Program-made: the position numbers and the translations under genes
The notes under the pieces: generated by a model
Told to the model about the DNA's origin: nothing
Database searches by the model: none
Seen by the model: only the letters and a program-made list of their open reading frames with translations
Virus record (IMG/VR): IMGVR_UViG_3300021335_000003
DNA length: 64,000 nt
Origin: a virus
Strand: one strand, 5' to 3'
In this document: piece by piece, positions 11,501 through 22,302 of the stretch
Layout of the letters: each line of letters begins with the position of its first letter
Numbering within the stretch: the first letter of the stretch is position 1

Positions 11501-14500
11501 ATTCCTCCTACTCCTACAAAAATAGGATTGTATCCAACATATGTTCCTGAAAAGTTTTTAGATAATTCATATAGAGAAAATACTAATGTGATTAGAGGGC
11601 ACGACGGTAGTTTGATGATTGCATACGACGATTATCGTGATGATTTAATTTTAGAATTAGAAAAAAGAATTTACAACAATTTAAAAGTATCATATGATGA
11701 AGATATATTTGATATAAATGATATTATCGGTGGCTATAGTAGAGACACTGGGGTCTCAAGACAAAGCATTGACGATATTATAATTACAGATTTTGTTAAA
11801 TGGTTAGATGTTGCTAAAATCAATGATTATACAAACAATGACTTTTTAGTGCAAGGCGATTCTTTTTCCTATAATTATAGCAAAAGTGTAAATTCAAAAA
11901 ATCAACTGTTACCAGGTTATTGGAGAGGTGTATATTTACAAGCATATGACACCGATCGTCCTCACACACATCCTTGGGAAATGTTAGGCTTTGCAAGTCA
12001 GCCAATATGGTGGAAAGAAGTTTATGGACCTGCACCATACACAAGTAACAATTTAATTTTATGGTCAGATTTGCAAAAAGGCATTGTGAGAGAACCAGGG
12101 CAACCTGTTGTAGTACGTTCTAAGTATGTAAGAAGCAATTTGTTAGAGCATTTGCCTGTTAATGAAAACGGACAATTGTTGTCACCTTTAGAAAGTGGAT
12201 ATGCTCAAAATTTTAGTTTTTCTGTGCAACAAAGCACAGAATACAAATTTGGCGATCATGCTCCAGTAGAAACTGCATGGAGAAGAAGTAGCGGATATCC
12301 TTTTGCTTTACTAACAGCAATGATTTTGTTACGTCCTGCACATACAATTGGTATTGGATTAGACAGATCTAGAATTACAAAAGATAAAACAAATAATATT
12401 GTTTATGGAAATACTAATAAAAGAATAAACACAAAAAATTTAACATTCCCAACTATCAATGGAAATATAACTGGTGGATTGTTAAATTACATTTTATACT
12501 ATACCCAACTTAACAATGAATTTTCTTTCGAAACTTATATAGATAACATTCAACGTATTGATAATAAAATAGGTTTTAAACTTGCAGGTTTTGCTAACAA
12601 AGATAAACTAAAATTGGTTTTAGATAGTAAAACACCCTTAAACCAAGGCAATGTGTTTGTACCTTTTGAAAATTATAATTTAACATTTAGAAGTAGTGCT
12701 CCTTTACAAACAATAACATATAGTGGTGTTATTGTTGAAAAAGTAAGCAGAGGATTTAAAATTACAGGATACGATCAAGAAGATCCGTATTTCTTTTATA
12801 ATGCAGTATTAGAAAGTGCAAATGATCCAGTTGTAAATGTTGGCGGAATTAGCGAAAGTTTTTCTACATGGTCTGATAACAAAACTTATGTAGCTGGTAA
12901 AATAGTTGAGTTTAATGATAGGTATTATAGAGTAAATGTCACTCATACCTCAGAAGAAAATTTTGACGAAACTAAATTTACACCTTTAAGAAGTTTGCCA
13001 CAGGTTGGTGGTGTAAATGCATATTTTAGAAAACGTTTTGATACTAATATTTCTCGCATTGATTACGGAACTGTTTTGACTAGTATTCAAGACGTTGTAG
13101 ATTTTCTTTTAGGTTATCAAAAACATTTATTATCACAAGGATTTATTTTTGATTATTTTAACAAAGAAACTGAAGCAATTGAAAATTGGTCACTAGCAGC
13201 AAAAGAGTTTATGTTTTGGACAAGTCAAAACTGGGCTCAATCAAGTATCATAACATTAAGTCCTGCTGCTAATAATTTGGTATTTTCACAAGATTATTAT
13301 GTTGTAGATAACTTGTTTGATAGTTTTTATAATTACCCTGTACTAAATCAAAATAGTAAAAAACTAAACTTTAACTTTTTTAATGTTTATAGAGATAATT
13401 CTAACAACTTCCAACTCACTTCAAGCGAAGATGGTATCTTCTTAATAAAATTACCATTAATTCAGAAGGAACATGTTGTTTTAATAGATAATACAACTGT
13501 GTTTAATGATGTTATTTTTAGCAAGAACACAGGTTATCGTCAGCAAAGAATTAAAATTGTTGGATATAGAACAGATCAGTGGAATGGTAGTTTAAATATT
13601 CCTGGTTTTATTTACGATGATGCAAAAGTAACTGAATGGGAATCATATAAAGATTATACTGTTGGCGAACTTGTAAAGTTTAAAGAATTTTATTATGCAG
13701 CAATTGCATCTCATAATGGCACTGAAAACTTTGATTTTAATTTATGGTCTAGACTACCAGAAAAGCCGGAAAACAAACTTCAACCAAACTGGGATTACAG
13801 AGCAAATCAATTTGCAGACTTTTATGATTTAGATACAGATAATTTTGATTCTGAACAACAAAGGTTAGCACAACACTTGATTGGTTATCAAAAAAGAAAT
13901 TATTTGTCAAACATTATACAAGACGATGTAAGTCAGTACAAGTTCTATCAAGGATTTATACAAGACAAAGGCACATCAAATAGTGTAACAAAATTGTTTG
14001 ATAAACTAGGAAGTGCTAACCAAGACAGTATAGAACTTTATGAAGAATGGGCAATACGAGTTGGTCAGTATGGTGCTGTATCTAGTTTTGATGAGGTTGA
14101 ATTTAAATTAGATGAAAAGCAGTTTAGAATTGAACCGCAAACAGTAGAATTAGTAAATCAAGTAGATAATACTAGAACAGATTTAGTTTATCAATATCCA
14201 AGTTCTGATGTTTTAATTAAACCATCAAACTACGATCAAGGGTTTTTACCAGTTAATAACACAGTAAATGAATATACTAAAACTGGTGGCTATGTAAAAT
14301 TAGATCAAGTGGACTTTTTAGCAAAAGTTTTAGAAGATATTTTAACAGTTGATATTGATACAGTTGATATCGGTTCATATGTTTGGACGCCCAAAGATGA
14401 AACAAGTTGGATGGTTTATCGCCATGTAACTGCACCATATAAAGTCACACATATTGAAAAAACTGATTTAGGTTTTAAAATGTATTTTAACACCAACATC

Positions 14501-17500
14501 GAATTAGAAGAAGATGCTATTATTGGTATTAATAACATAAATGATGAAGTAAATGGATTTTGGTTAGCAACCAATATTCAACGTAATATTATCAACAACG
14601 CTGATAGCACTATTACTCATCCAAATATTGAAATTGAAACTGATAATCCTATCAGCGACGATTATATTGATTTAGAAGATAGCACACTTGGTCTTGTAAG
14701 TGAATTTTGTATTAGAAGAGTTACTCAAGTAAGTGATATTAACATAGCTTTACAAACTTATGATTTAAACAACGATAGATTTTGGATTGACGATATAGGT
14801 AATGGTATAAGTGCAACTTACGATAATAAACCAACACTTACAAAACTACAAGATATATTAGCCAGCCAAGAATCCAGCGAACTTTTTGGACAAAGTATTG
14901 CCGCAAGTTATAACAACACAATATTAGCAGTTGGTGTGCCGGATATAGATGACGGCAAAGTTTATGTTTATACTAGAGGCAGTGATGCACAAGAACTAAG
15001 ATTAAATCAAACTTTAGAACCAAATATTGATTATCATGATATAGGAAGCGAATTTGGAGACAGTGTTGCAATAACACCAAACGGACAATATTTGTATGTT
15101 GGTGCGCCTCTTGCATCAAATGTAAGAAGCAGATACAAAGGTGCTTTAGATCCAATTGAAGAATATGCACAAGGCGATATTGTTAGCAGTAAAGGTGTGC
15201 TATGGGAAGCATTAAGAACTGTTACAGTTGAAAGTAGCACAATTAACTTAGAAAGTCAAGACTGGAAACGTGTAAAAATAATTCCAGCCGATCCTGGTGC
15301 TGATCCTATGAAGTATTCGCAACAGGGTGTTGTTTATATCTATAAAAAACTTGTAGATAATACTTTTGATTTAATCGATGTAATTTGTAGTAGTGCTCCA
15401 GGAACAAATGAAAAATTTGGCATAGGTGTAAAAGCAGTTTCACCTGGTGATTATGATCATAGCTTATATGTGAGAAGTTTAGCAGATAACGGAAGATTGT
15501 ATGTTATTAATAATGGCGGAATAAATGATGTTGATTCTTATTCATACAATATTGATGAGGATTATCGAGGTGAATGGCAAAGTATTGCAAAATACATAGA
15601 AAACGAAATTGTATATTACGAAGGCGATCTATATCAAGCAAATCAAACTGTATTTGCAGGTAATCCTTTTGATACAAGTTTATGGAACCAATTAGACACA
15701 TTTGTCGATTACACAGGATACTTAACAAGTGATTTAAGCGATACTACTGATTTGTATAATGAAGATAGTAGTGGTTTTGGTTTAGCAACAGATGTTGGTA
15801 TTACATTTGACATTAGTGGCAACGGTGAAGTTATAGCTCTTTCGGGTGTTTTAAATGCAGCAGAATTTAGAGTTGCAATTTATAGAAAACAAAACGGAAG
15901 ATATGTATTTGATCAAAACATTGATTCTCCTGTTGATAATGAATTCTTTGGACACAGTGTAAGTTTAAACACGCTTGGAAACAAGTTAGCAATTGGTGCT
16001 CCTGATTCAGATGAAGCTGGAATCACAAACGGACAGGTATATATTTACAAGTTAGTAAATCAACAATTTGAATTAGATCAAAAACTATTTTCTCCTGATG
16101 GAGAAAAAAATAATAGATTTGGAGTTTATGTAGATCTAGATGGTGAAAAACTAGCTGTAACTAGTGAAAGAGGTGATACAGAATTTGAAATATCTTTTGA
16201 TGTTTATAATACTGTATATCCAGATTCTTTAGCAAAATTTGGAAGTGCATATGTTAATAGTCCAGGTTCTGGCGAAACAGATGCTCCTACACTGTTTGAT
16301 AATGGTGCAACAAATATAATTGATAAAGTAAAAGATAACAGTCGTGTTTATCTATATGAAACTATTAACGACAAATTAATATATTCTGAGAAATTATTTT
16401 CAAGTACTGATATAAGTGACTCAAATATGAATTACGGATATTTGAATAGAAACCATTTATATGTTGTTGCACCTTCACAACCTTTAGATGATATTATTAA
16501 TGATTCTACTAATAATAACGGTATTATACAAGACTTTAGATCTGACTTAAATGCAACAGCTTGGACAATTAATTCACAAGTTGAACCTTTTGTAGATTTA
16601 AGTAAAATTAAAGGTGTTTGGTTATACGATAATAAAACAAAAGATTTAATTACGTATTTAGATTATATTGATCCTATTCAAGGTCGTATTGCTGGTCCAG
16701 CTGAGCAAGAAGTATCGTATAAGCTGTATTATGATCCAGCAGTTTATAATGTAGGTTCAACTGATACTGGCACAAAAGATTTATGGTCAACACAATATGT
16801 AGGAAAGTTGTGGTGGAATATTGACACAATCAAATGGTATAATCCTTACCAAGGAGATTTACAATTTAAAACAAATACATGGAATCAAATTATTCCAGGG
16901 TTTGACGTTGATATATATGAATGGGTTGAAAGTGATTATATTCCTAGTGAATGGGATGGATTAGCAGATACAACTGAAGGTTTAGCAGAAGGAATAAGTG
17001 GCACGAGTTTATATGGTGATGAAACTTATACAGTAGCCAATAGTTATGATCCTGTAACAGGTGTAGCAATACCAAAGTATTATTTCTGGGTAAAATCTAA
17101 AACAACATTACCTAACACATATGGTAGAAAAATTTCTGCACTTGATGTAGAAAATTTAATTAGAGACCCAGCAGCTCAAGGTTATAGATTTATAAATTTA
17201 TTTGATAGTAAAAATTATGCTTTACATAATGTAAGAAATTTAATTAAAGATAAAGACACAATTTTGCATATTGATTATTATAATACTGACGATATAGATA
17301 ATAATATACACAGTGAATATCAACTTTTAACTGAAGGACTTGCAAGTAGTAAGCCAAATGCAGATATAGTTGATAAATGGGTTGATAGTTTAGTTGGATA
17401 CAATGAACAAAGTATTCAACTACCAGATACTAGAGTGAGTATTGCTAGACGTTTTGGTATATTAAATGAACCAAATCAAAGTATGTTTGTAAATCGCAAA

Positions 17501-20500
17501 GAAGCTCTAAAACAAATTATTGAAAGAGTAAATGGAATCTTAACTGAATATGTAGTGGTAGATGAATTTGACATTTCTCCATTACAAAAAGTTGATCCAG
17601 CTCCTAGTAAGTTTAGTCATCTTTGGGATACCGAAATCGAAAGTGAAAGTTTGCTAAGATTTATCGGTACAGCAAAAATAGAACAAGCTGTTCTTACACC
17701 TGTGATAGAAGATGGCAGCATTGTTGAAGTGCAAATTACAAACGCAGGACGTGGTTACATTGATAGTAATTACACAAATGGTGCAACTAGAGACGGACCT
17801 ACAGTTACAATTGAAGGCACAGGTACCGGTGCAGAAATTAAAACTTACATTAATAATCTAGGACAAATTACAAGTGTAGAAATTATAAATGGTGGTAAAA
17901 ATTATTTAGACAACACAACACTGATAGTGCGACCGTTTAGTGTGCTTGTAAGAAATGATAGCGACATTGGCGGGTTTTGGGCAATATACAATTGGATTGC
18001 AAGCACCGGCGAATGGTTTAGAAATCAAATACAAGATTATGATGTATCCTTATATTGGAATTATATAGATTGGTATGCAGAAGGATATAATGCAGAAACT
18101 GCAATTAACTTTATTATTCCTGGCGCTTATGCACTAGAAAGTTTAGATGATAGAATTGGTAGTGTTGTAAAAATTGAAACTATTGGCAGCGGCGGCTGGT
18201 TGTTGTTAGAAAAAATTGACAATCAATCAAATGTAGATTATACTGTAAATTATAAATCTATAGGCAGACAAAACGGTACAATTCAATTTAGTAGCCAGTT
18301 GTATCAAAGTGAAAACGTAGGATATGACAAACTTATATACGATACAAGTTTTTATGACAGAGAACCTAGTGAAGAAATAAGAATTATTTTAAAAACTATT
18401 GAAAATAATTTATTTGTAGATCAATTAGAAGTCGAATGGAATAAACTTTTCTTCAGTAGTATTAGATATGCAATTAGCGAACAAATTGATGTTGATTGGA
18501 TCTTTAAATCTAGCTTTGTTACAGCAAAACACAACGTAGGTGAATTACAGCAAAAAATTACATATCAAAATGATAATTTACCAAACTATCAAGAGTATAT
18601 AAATGAAGTTAAACCATTTAGTACTAAAGTTCGTGAATATATCAGTGCATATGAAAAAGTTGATCCTACGCAAACTGTAACAACTGATTTTGATTTACCT
18701 CCTGCATATGATGCAGAAGCTGGTCGAGTTATTCCTGAGGCAATAAAATTTGTTAATAATGAACTTACCAATGTTAGTGCTAGTGCTTTGACATATCCAA
18801 AACGCAATTGGCTAGACAATGTTGGATTTGAAATCAAAGAGTTTGTAATTTTTAATGGTGGTAGTGGTTATACAAATACAGCTAATGTTACTGTTAGTGG
18901 CGGCGGAGGACCTACACTTGAAGGATTTGCATACTTAGGTGGTAGTAGTATCAGTTTTATTGATGTTAATACCAGTGGTGCAAGATATTTTAATACACCA
19001 ACAGTTACTATAAATGGAAGTTTGGAAGACGGTGGAGAAGAAGCAGTTGTTTATGCTATCATCGGTAACAACCTAGTAAGAAATACACACATGTTGATGC
19101 GTTTTGATAGAGTATCGGGTAATTACTTGTTCACAACTTTAGACGAAACAGAAACATTTGTCGGTAACGGTGGTCTTACAGAATTTAACTTGAAATGGCC
19201 AGCAAGCACACGAAGTGCAGATATCAGTATTACTGTCGCAGGCGTTGATCAACTTGTAAGCGATTTTACAATTAGTAACGAATTAGATCAGTCTAAGAGT
19301 TTTACACGTTACAAAGGACGTATTACATTTGCTGATGCTCCTGCAAATAATGCAGAGGTAATTATAAATTATAAGAAATCAACAGACTTATTAACAGCAG
19401 CAGACAGAATCAATTTCTTCTATAATCCAACAACAGGTATGCCAGGCAAAGACCTAGCACAGTTAATGGATGGTATCGATTATGATGGTGTTCAAATGGA
19501 CAGTATTGGCTTTGGTGAAAGTTTAGGTTGGGATCTACAAGGATTTGGCATTGACTTTGACACATTTGATACAAATAACGAAGACGAAGTTATTGTGTTA
19601 GATGGCAGCACACAAATTGTAAATCTGTCTAAAGAATTAGAAGCAGGTGTTGAATATAATGTGTATCTAAACAATGTGCGTATTGACGATCCTGCGTATC
19701 CGGGTCCTGGAACAATTAACCCTAATGCAAAAATGGTTACTATTACAGGTGACGGAATCACTAAATCTATATTCTTAGACAGTGATGTAATTACTACACA
19801 ATTAGATGATGTTATTGTAGTGCGTAAGAGTACAAGTGATGGCAGCTTTACACCTGAAAGCACAGCGTTTGATGTAAGTTTAGGTGGTGGTACTTTTGAA
19901 ACAACAACTGCAACAGGCATTGATCCAGGAGAAATTGTTGTAGATGGTGATGGATTTGTAACAGAAACCACATCAAAAGGTCCAGAAGAACAAGTTCCAG
20001 GTCAAGTTTTAGATACTATGGACATAACGGTTTATAACAGAGTATCACAAGGACAAGGCTTAATTGCAGTGCGTAATTACATTGCAGATGGCAACACACT
20101 AGAATGGGACTTTGATTTATTACCACAGACTGAAAACACAGTAATTGTAACAGTTGATGGCGAAGTAATTGGTCATGATGATCTTGTAATTGATTTTGAA
20201 CGCAAAGTTATTAGTTTAGCAGATAGCACAGTAATTGAAGCAAATAAAAATCTAAGTATTTTGTGTATTGGTACAAATGGTGTAGATATTGTTGATAGTG
20301 ATATTATTATTGCTGACGGTACAAGCACATTATTTGAATTACCTTTCTTATTCACTACAGAACAAAGTATATTTGTCACAATAAATGGTGTAAAGAAAGA
20401 ACGCACTACAGAATATGGTTATGACACTAACGATGCAGGATTTGGAGTATTAGAATTTCCAACTGTAATAGATGAAGGTTCTGTAATACAATACACTGTA

Positions 20501-22276
20501 TATAGTGACAATGTAAATCAATTCAGTGAAATGGTAATTGATAAAACTATGCTTGTAGATGGTACCAATAGAGTGCATAGATTTGAAAATGATGTTGTTG
20601 TACCATTTGTTAAAAAACCATATTCGCATAATATTCTAGTTCAACGCAGCAAAGGATCCAAGTTCCTTAATCCAGGATATAGAAAATCTTATACAATGAC
20701 ATTGTTAAGAGACTATGACATTGATGCATGGCAATTTGAAGATACAACATTAGTAAATAGCAGCGATGTTAAAGTTTATATTAATAATGAGCCACTAGAC
20801 GAAACTAAATGGAACTATGATCCACTTAATGGTAGAGTTGAAATTTTATCAAACAATATTGGATTACCAGGAGATCTGTTAGAAATCTTTATTATTCGTG
20901 ATGCAGAATATTTTTTCTTTAACACAATAGCAGAAATTGAAGGCGGCAGTGCTTTAGAAAAAATTCCAGCAGGCACAGATGTATCGTTTAGATTGAGCGA
21001 CGATAGCACAGTTGTTAATGCAAGAGTTGAAAGTTTTGCATATAGTGGTGATAATGCTCTTATCGAATTGCAAGGGTATGTAAGAGATTTATTTGATTTA
21101 AAGAGTACTGACGATACTCCAGAGATGATTGCAAATGATGACAGCACAGCAAATCTTAAAATTAAAGATGTTCGCTTACAAGAAACTGACAATTTGGTGT
21201 TGCTAGAAGCTCCTGAAGAATGGGAAGAAGTTAATATCTACACATTTAGCAATCATGATATTAACGAGTTTGAAAGAAACAGTTATGATGTTGTTTGGAA
21301 CACAAGTCAAGCACCTCAAGGCTCGCAAGAATATATAGATAAAAACTTGTTGAGTACAGGTTATATCAAGTTGCAAAAACCTGCACTAAGTGCAAATTAC
21401 GTTTGGGTATTTAAAAATGGTATTATACAAGTACCACAAAAAGATTATAAAATTACTGAGCGTAAAGATGGAGTGCAAATGTATGAAAAAGTAGATCCAA
21501 ATGATACAGTTGATGTACTACAATTTGCAGCACCAGTAAGTAAGCCTAAGTTTGGATTTAGAATATTTAAAGATATGTTAAATAGATTCCACTACAAGCG
21601 GTTGAATAATCAAAACGAATATGAATTACAACAACCATTAAATTATTTTGATCAAAGTATTCAATTAAAAGATGCAACAGGTTTAGAATCTCCAAACAGA
21701 GCATTGGGACTTCCAGGCATCATTTATATTGATAAAGAACGTATTGAATATTTTAGTTTAGACGGAAATGTTTTACGTCAATTACGTAGAGGTACCTTAG
21801 GTACCGGTATCAAAGAAACTTATCCTGCTAATACTAAAGTAGTAGGACAAGGAATTGAAGAAAATATTCCTTACAAAGATGCAATATATAGAACCAAGTT
21901 TATTGGTGATAGTAGTACAAAACAATTCTTGTTAGATTGGACACCTTCTAGTATAAATGAATTTGATGTTTATTTAGGCGGCATAAAACTACGTAAAGAC
22001 AGCATTGTAACTTTTGATCCTACAATAGACCAAGATTCTCCAGAAGCTGATATTACAATGGTTCCAGAATACACAATGGAAACAATTGTTTGGGGAGATG
22101 GTACAAGAGTTGCAATTTATCTTGCTGATTATATAGATCCTCCAGCTGATGGAACAATAATTGAAATTGTAAGAAAAACAGGAAGAATTTGGAATGAAAT
22201 TGGAAAATCTATTGCAGACAGTGAAAATGAAATATGCAAATTTATAACAGACAAAACAATATCGCTACCCCGATAA
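8513..22276 (+). CDS. Giant (4587 aa) baseplate/tail structural protein with FG-GAP-like propeller repeats and CBM5/12-like modules
   Basis: Single uninterrupted ORF coupled to gp6 (TAATG). Contains FG-x-S-V-A...L-A-V-G-A-P repeats, W-x5-Y-x-x-G/N-x-I/L-V...Y/W modules and NGGSGY motifs typical of myovirus baseplate proteins. Confidence 0.75.
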   Translation: MAYEDNQNEYPIPGRNDSKRTNASLLPRYFRTDANKKFVGSTLDQLTSPGVVEKLNGFVGSREAKAAVITDNYIEDINQERENYQLEPYTIIEDDLGNIDFNADYLDLLGQVNGFGGTTTNHDKLFAQEFYAWNPHIDFDKFTNFREYYWLPNGPQEVPVRGTGIDVVSTLKVRLEYDGGDAAFVFTPDGVTRNKILTLYRGQTYRFEVDTPGHPFGIALSRLKNVPYADSTEYVENLYLEGVSITEEYDDTVVFREDLVGDGFLEKGVLEFTVPMNAPDNLYYISQNDINVSGNLNLFDIEESTVLNVEEEILGKKTYKTVDGWDFSNGMKVYFTGTVYPESYEQGLYYVEGVGESIELVAVKDLQVPAIFTQDTQVPFDINPFDRVPFGDAKSFAGTKDYVCINRRDKSKNPWSRYNRWTHKSVIEKSAEINNTPIEIFEDLRALRPIIEFEPNLRLFNHGNKAKAAVDLVDTFTPDVFSTIEGSAGYNVDGVDLADGMRVLFTGDQDSLVNGKIYEVNFITHNNNIQISLLETGDTLPAENETILILDGDVNAGCMYWYDGNQWNKAQDKSGINQSPLFDLFDNDGNSIGDQTIYDSTEFVGNRIFNYRVGEGTKDTELGFPLTYQNFVNIGDIVFDFPLLSKSYNYKVGNDFVQIFSDTLFLKKFVNETDQYVNAWKKSNTKSQQYVVRKFTGSEYVNNFPIDVYNNSAELDDLKVKVYVNSLYKTESTDYTLVNSSKTKTIVFNNDLQFEDIIVIKTHSKADKNNNGYYEIPYNLERNPLNENITEFTLGEVNDHVEGLITELQNFQGTQPGISNLRDLGDVAAYGRKFIQHSGPINLSMYNLVSKNANIIKAVRYASNEYQKFKRQFIQIATDNTFNGTLKEHVDFIFNLLNEDKTEKTNFYSTDMAGTGGSVEIKYDVLDNRLKTYALSANFSKDVISNLAVYVYINDEQLVHGKDYTFTNTGFVNISKEFANGDVIKIYEYANTEGSFIPPTPTKIGLYPTYVPEKFLDNSYRENTNVIRGHDGSLMIAYDDYRDDLILELEKRIYNNLKVSYDEDIFDINDIIGGYSRDTGVSRQSIDDIIITDFVKWLDVAKINDYTNNDFLVQGDSFSYNYSKSVNSKNQLLPGYWRGVYLQAYDTDRPHTHPWEMLGFASQPIWWKEVYGPAPYTSNNLILWSDLQKGIVREPGQPVVVRSKYVRSNLLEHLPVNENGQLLSPLESGYAQNFSFSVQQSTEYKFGDHAPVETAWRRSSGYPFALLTAMILLRPAHTIGIGLDRSRITKDKTNNIVYGNTNKRINTKNLTFPTINGNITGGLLNYILYYTQLNNEFSFETYIDNIQRIDNKIGFKLAGFANKDKLKLVLDSKTPLNQGNVFVPFENYNLTFRSSAPLQTITYSGVIVEKVSRGFKITGYDQEDPYFFYNAVLESANDPVVNVGGISESFSTWSDNKTYVAGKIVEFNDRYYRVNVTHTSEENFDETKFTPLRSLPQVGGVNAYFRKRFDTNISRIDYGTVLTSIQDVVDFLLGYQKHLLSQGFIFDYFNKETEAIENWSLAAKEFMFWTSQNWAQSSIITLSPAANNLVFSQDYYVVDNLFDSFYNYPVLNQNSKKLNFNFFNVYRDNSNNFQLTSSEDGIFLIKLPLIQKEHVVLIDNTTVFNDVIFSKNTGYRQQRIKIVGYRTDQWNGSLNIPGFIYDDAKVTEWESYKDYTVGELVKFKEFYYAAIASHNGTENFDFNLWSRLPEKPENKLQPNWDYRANQFADFYDLDTDNFDSEQQRLAQHLIGYQKRNYLSNIIQDDVSQYKFYQGFIQDKGTSNSVTKLFDKLGSANQDSIELYEEWAIRVGQYGAVSSFDEVEFKLDEKQFRIEPQTVELVNQVDNTRTDLVYQYPSSDVLIKPSNYDQGFLPVNNTVNEYTKTGGYVKLDQVDFLAKVLEDILTVDIDTVDIGSYVWTPKDETSWMVYRHVTAPYKVTHIEKTDLGFKMYFNTNIELEEDAIIGINNINDEVNGFWLATNIQRNIINNADSTITHPNIEIETDNPISDDYIDLEDSTLGLVSEFCIRRVTQVSDINIALQTYDLNNDRFWIDDIGNGISATYDNKPTLTKLQDILASQESSELFGQSIAASYNNTILAVGVPDIDDGKVYVYTRGSDAQELRLNQTLEPNIDYHDIGSEFGDSVAITPNGQYLYVGAPLASNVRSRYKGALDPIEEYAQGDIVSSKGVLWEALRTVTVESSTINLESQDWKRVKIIPADPGADPMKYSQQGVVYIYKKLVDNTFDLIDVICSSAPGTNEKFGIGVKAVSPGDYDHSLYVRSLADNGRLYVINNGGINDVDSYSYNIDEDYRGEWQSIAKYIENEIVYYEGDLYQANQTVFAGNPFDTSLWNQLDTFVDYTGYLTSDLSDTTDLYNEDSSGFGLATDVGITFDISGNGEVIALSGVLNAAEFRVAIYRKQNGRYVFDQNIDSPVDNEFFGHSVSLNTLGNKLAIGAPDSDEAGITNGQVYIYKLVNQQFELDQKLFSPDGEKNNRFGVYVDLDGEKLAVTSERGDTEFEISFDVYNTVYPDSLAKFGSAYVNSPGSGETDAPTLFDNGATNIIDKVKDNSRVYLYETINDKLIYSEKLFSSTDISDSNMNYGYLNRNHLYVVAPSQPLDDIINDSTNNNGIIQDFRSDLNATAWTINSQVEPFVDLSKIKGVWLYDNKTKDLITYLDYIDPIQGRIAGPAEQEVSYKLYYDPAVYNVGSTDTGTKDLWSTQYVGKLWWNIDTIKWYNPYQGDLQFKTNTWNQIIPGFDVDIYEWVESDYIPSEWDGLADTTEGLAEGISGTSLYGDETYTVANSYDPVTGVAIPKYYFWVKSKTTLPNTYGRKISALDVENLIRDPAAQGYRFINLFDSKNYALHNVRNLIKDKDTILHIDYYNTDDIDNNIHSEYQLLTEGLASSKPNADIVDKWVDSLVGYNEQSIQLPDTRVSIARRFGILNEPNQSMFVNRKEALKQIIERVNGILTEYVVVDEFDISPLQKVDPAPSKFSHLWDTEIESESLLRFIGTAKIEQAVLTPVIEDGSIVEVQITNAGRGYIDSNYTNGATRDGPTVTIEGTGTGAEIKTYINNLGQITSVEIINGGKNYLDNTTLIVRPFSVLVRNDSDIGGFWAIYNWIASTGEWFRNQIQDYDVSLYWNYIDWYAEGYNAETAINFIIPGAYALESLDDRIGSVVKIETIGSGGWLLLEKIDNQSNVDYTVNYKSIGRQNGTIQFSSQLYQSENVGYDKLIYDTSFYDREPSEEIRIILKTIENNLFVDQLEVEWNKLFFSSIRYAISEQIDVDWIFKSSFVTAKHNVGELQQKITYQNDNLPNYQEYINEVKPFSTKVREYISAYEKVDPTQTVTTDFDLPPAYDAEAGRVIPEAIKFVNNELTNVSASALTYPKRNWLDNVGFEIKEFVIFNGGSGYTNTANVTVSGGGGPTLEGFAYLGGSSISFIDVNTSGARYFNTPTVTINGSLEDGGEEAVVYAIIGNNLVRNTHMLMRFDRVSGNYLFTTLDETETFVGNGGLTEFNLKWPASTRSADISITVAGVDQLVSDFTISNELDQSKSFTRYKGRITFADAPANNAEVIINYKKSTDLLTAADRINFFYNPTTGMPGKDLAQLMDGIDYDGVQMDSIGFGESLGWDLQGFGIDFDTFDTNNEDEVIVLDGSTQIVNLSKELEAGVEYNVYLNNVRIDDPAYPGPGTINPNAKMVTITGDGITKSIFLDSDVITTQLDDVIVVRKSTSDGSFTPESTAFDVSLGGGTFETTTATGIDPGEIVVDGDGFVTETTSKGPEEQVPGQVLDTMDITVYNRVSQGQGLIAVRNYIADGNTLEWDFDLLPQTENTVIVTVDGEVIGHDDLVIDFERKVISLADSTVIEANKNLSILCIGTNGVDIVDSDIIIADGTSTLFELPFLFTTEQSIFVTINGVKKERTTEYGYDTNDAGFGVLEFPTVIDEGSVIQYTVYSDNVNQFSEMVIDKTMLVDGTNRVHRFENDVVVPFVKKPYSHNILVQRSKGSKFLNPGYRKSYTMTLLRDYDIDAWQFEDTTLVNSSDVKVYINNEPLDETKWNYDPLNGRVEILSNNIGLPGDLLEIFIIRDAEYFFFNTIAEIEGGSALEKIPAGTDVSFRLSDDSTVVNARVESFAYSGDNALIELQGYVRDLFDLKSTDDTPEMIANDDSTANLKIKDVRLQETDNLVLLEAPEEWEEVNIYTFSNHDINEFERNSYDVVWNTSQAPQGSQEYIDKNLLSTGYIKLQKPALSANYVWVFKNGIIQVPQKDYKITERKDGVQMYEKVDPNDTVDVLQFAAPVSKPKFGFRIFKDMLNRFHYKRLNNQNEYELQQPLNYFDQSIQLKDATGLESPNRALGLPGIIYIDKERIEYFSLDGNVLRQLRRGTLGTGIKETYPANTKVVGQGIEENIPYKDAIYRTKFIGDSSTKQFLLDWTPSSINEFDVYLGGIKLRKDSIVTFDPTIDQDSPEADITMVPEYTMETIVWGDGTRVAIYLADYIDPPADGTIIEIVRKTGRIWNEIGKSIADSENEICKFITDKTISLPR
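14885..16160 (+). repeat. FG-GAP/integrin-alpha-like beta-propeller repeats within the giant protein
   Basis: FGQSIAAS..LAVGVP, FGDSVAIT..LYVGAP, FGIGVKAV, FGHSVSLN..LAIGAP and FGVYVDLD..LAVTS, mostly followed by G-x-V-Y-(V/I)-Y. Confidence 0.75.
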
Positions 22277-22280
22277 ATAC
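22272..22280 (+). promoter_or_regulatory. Putative late promoter (GATAAATAC) overlapping the giant gene's stop codon
   Basis: Identical 9-mer to the one at 4547. Confidence 0.55.
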
Positions 22281-22302
22281 ATTATAGGAACGGAATAAAA
22301 AT

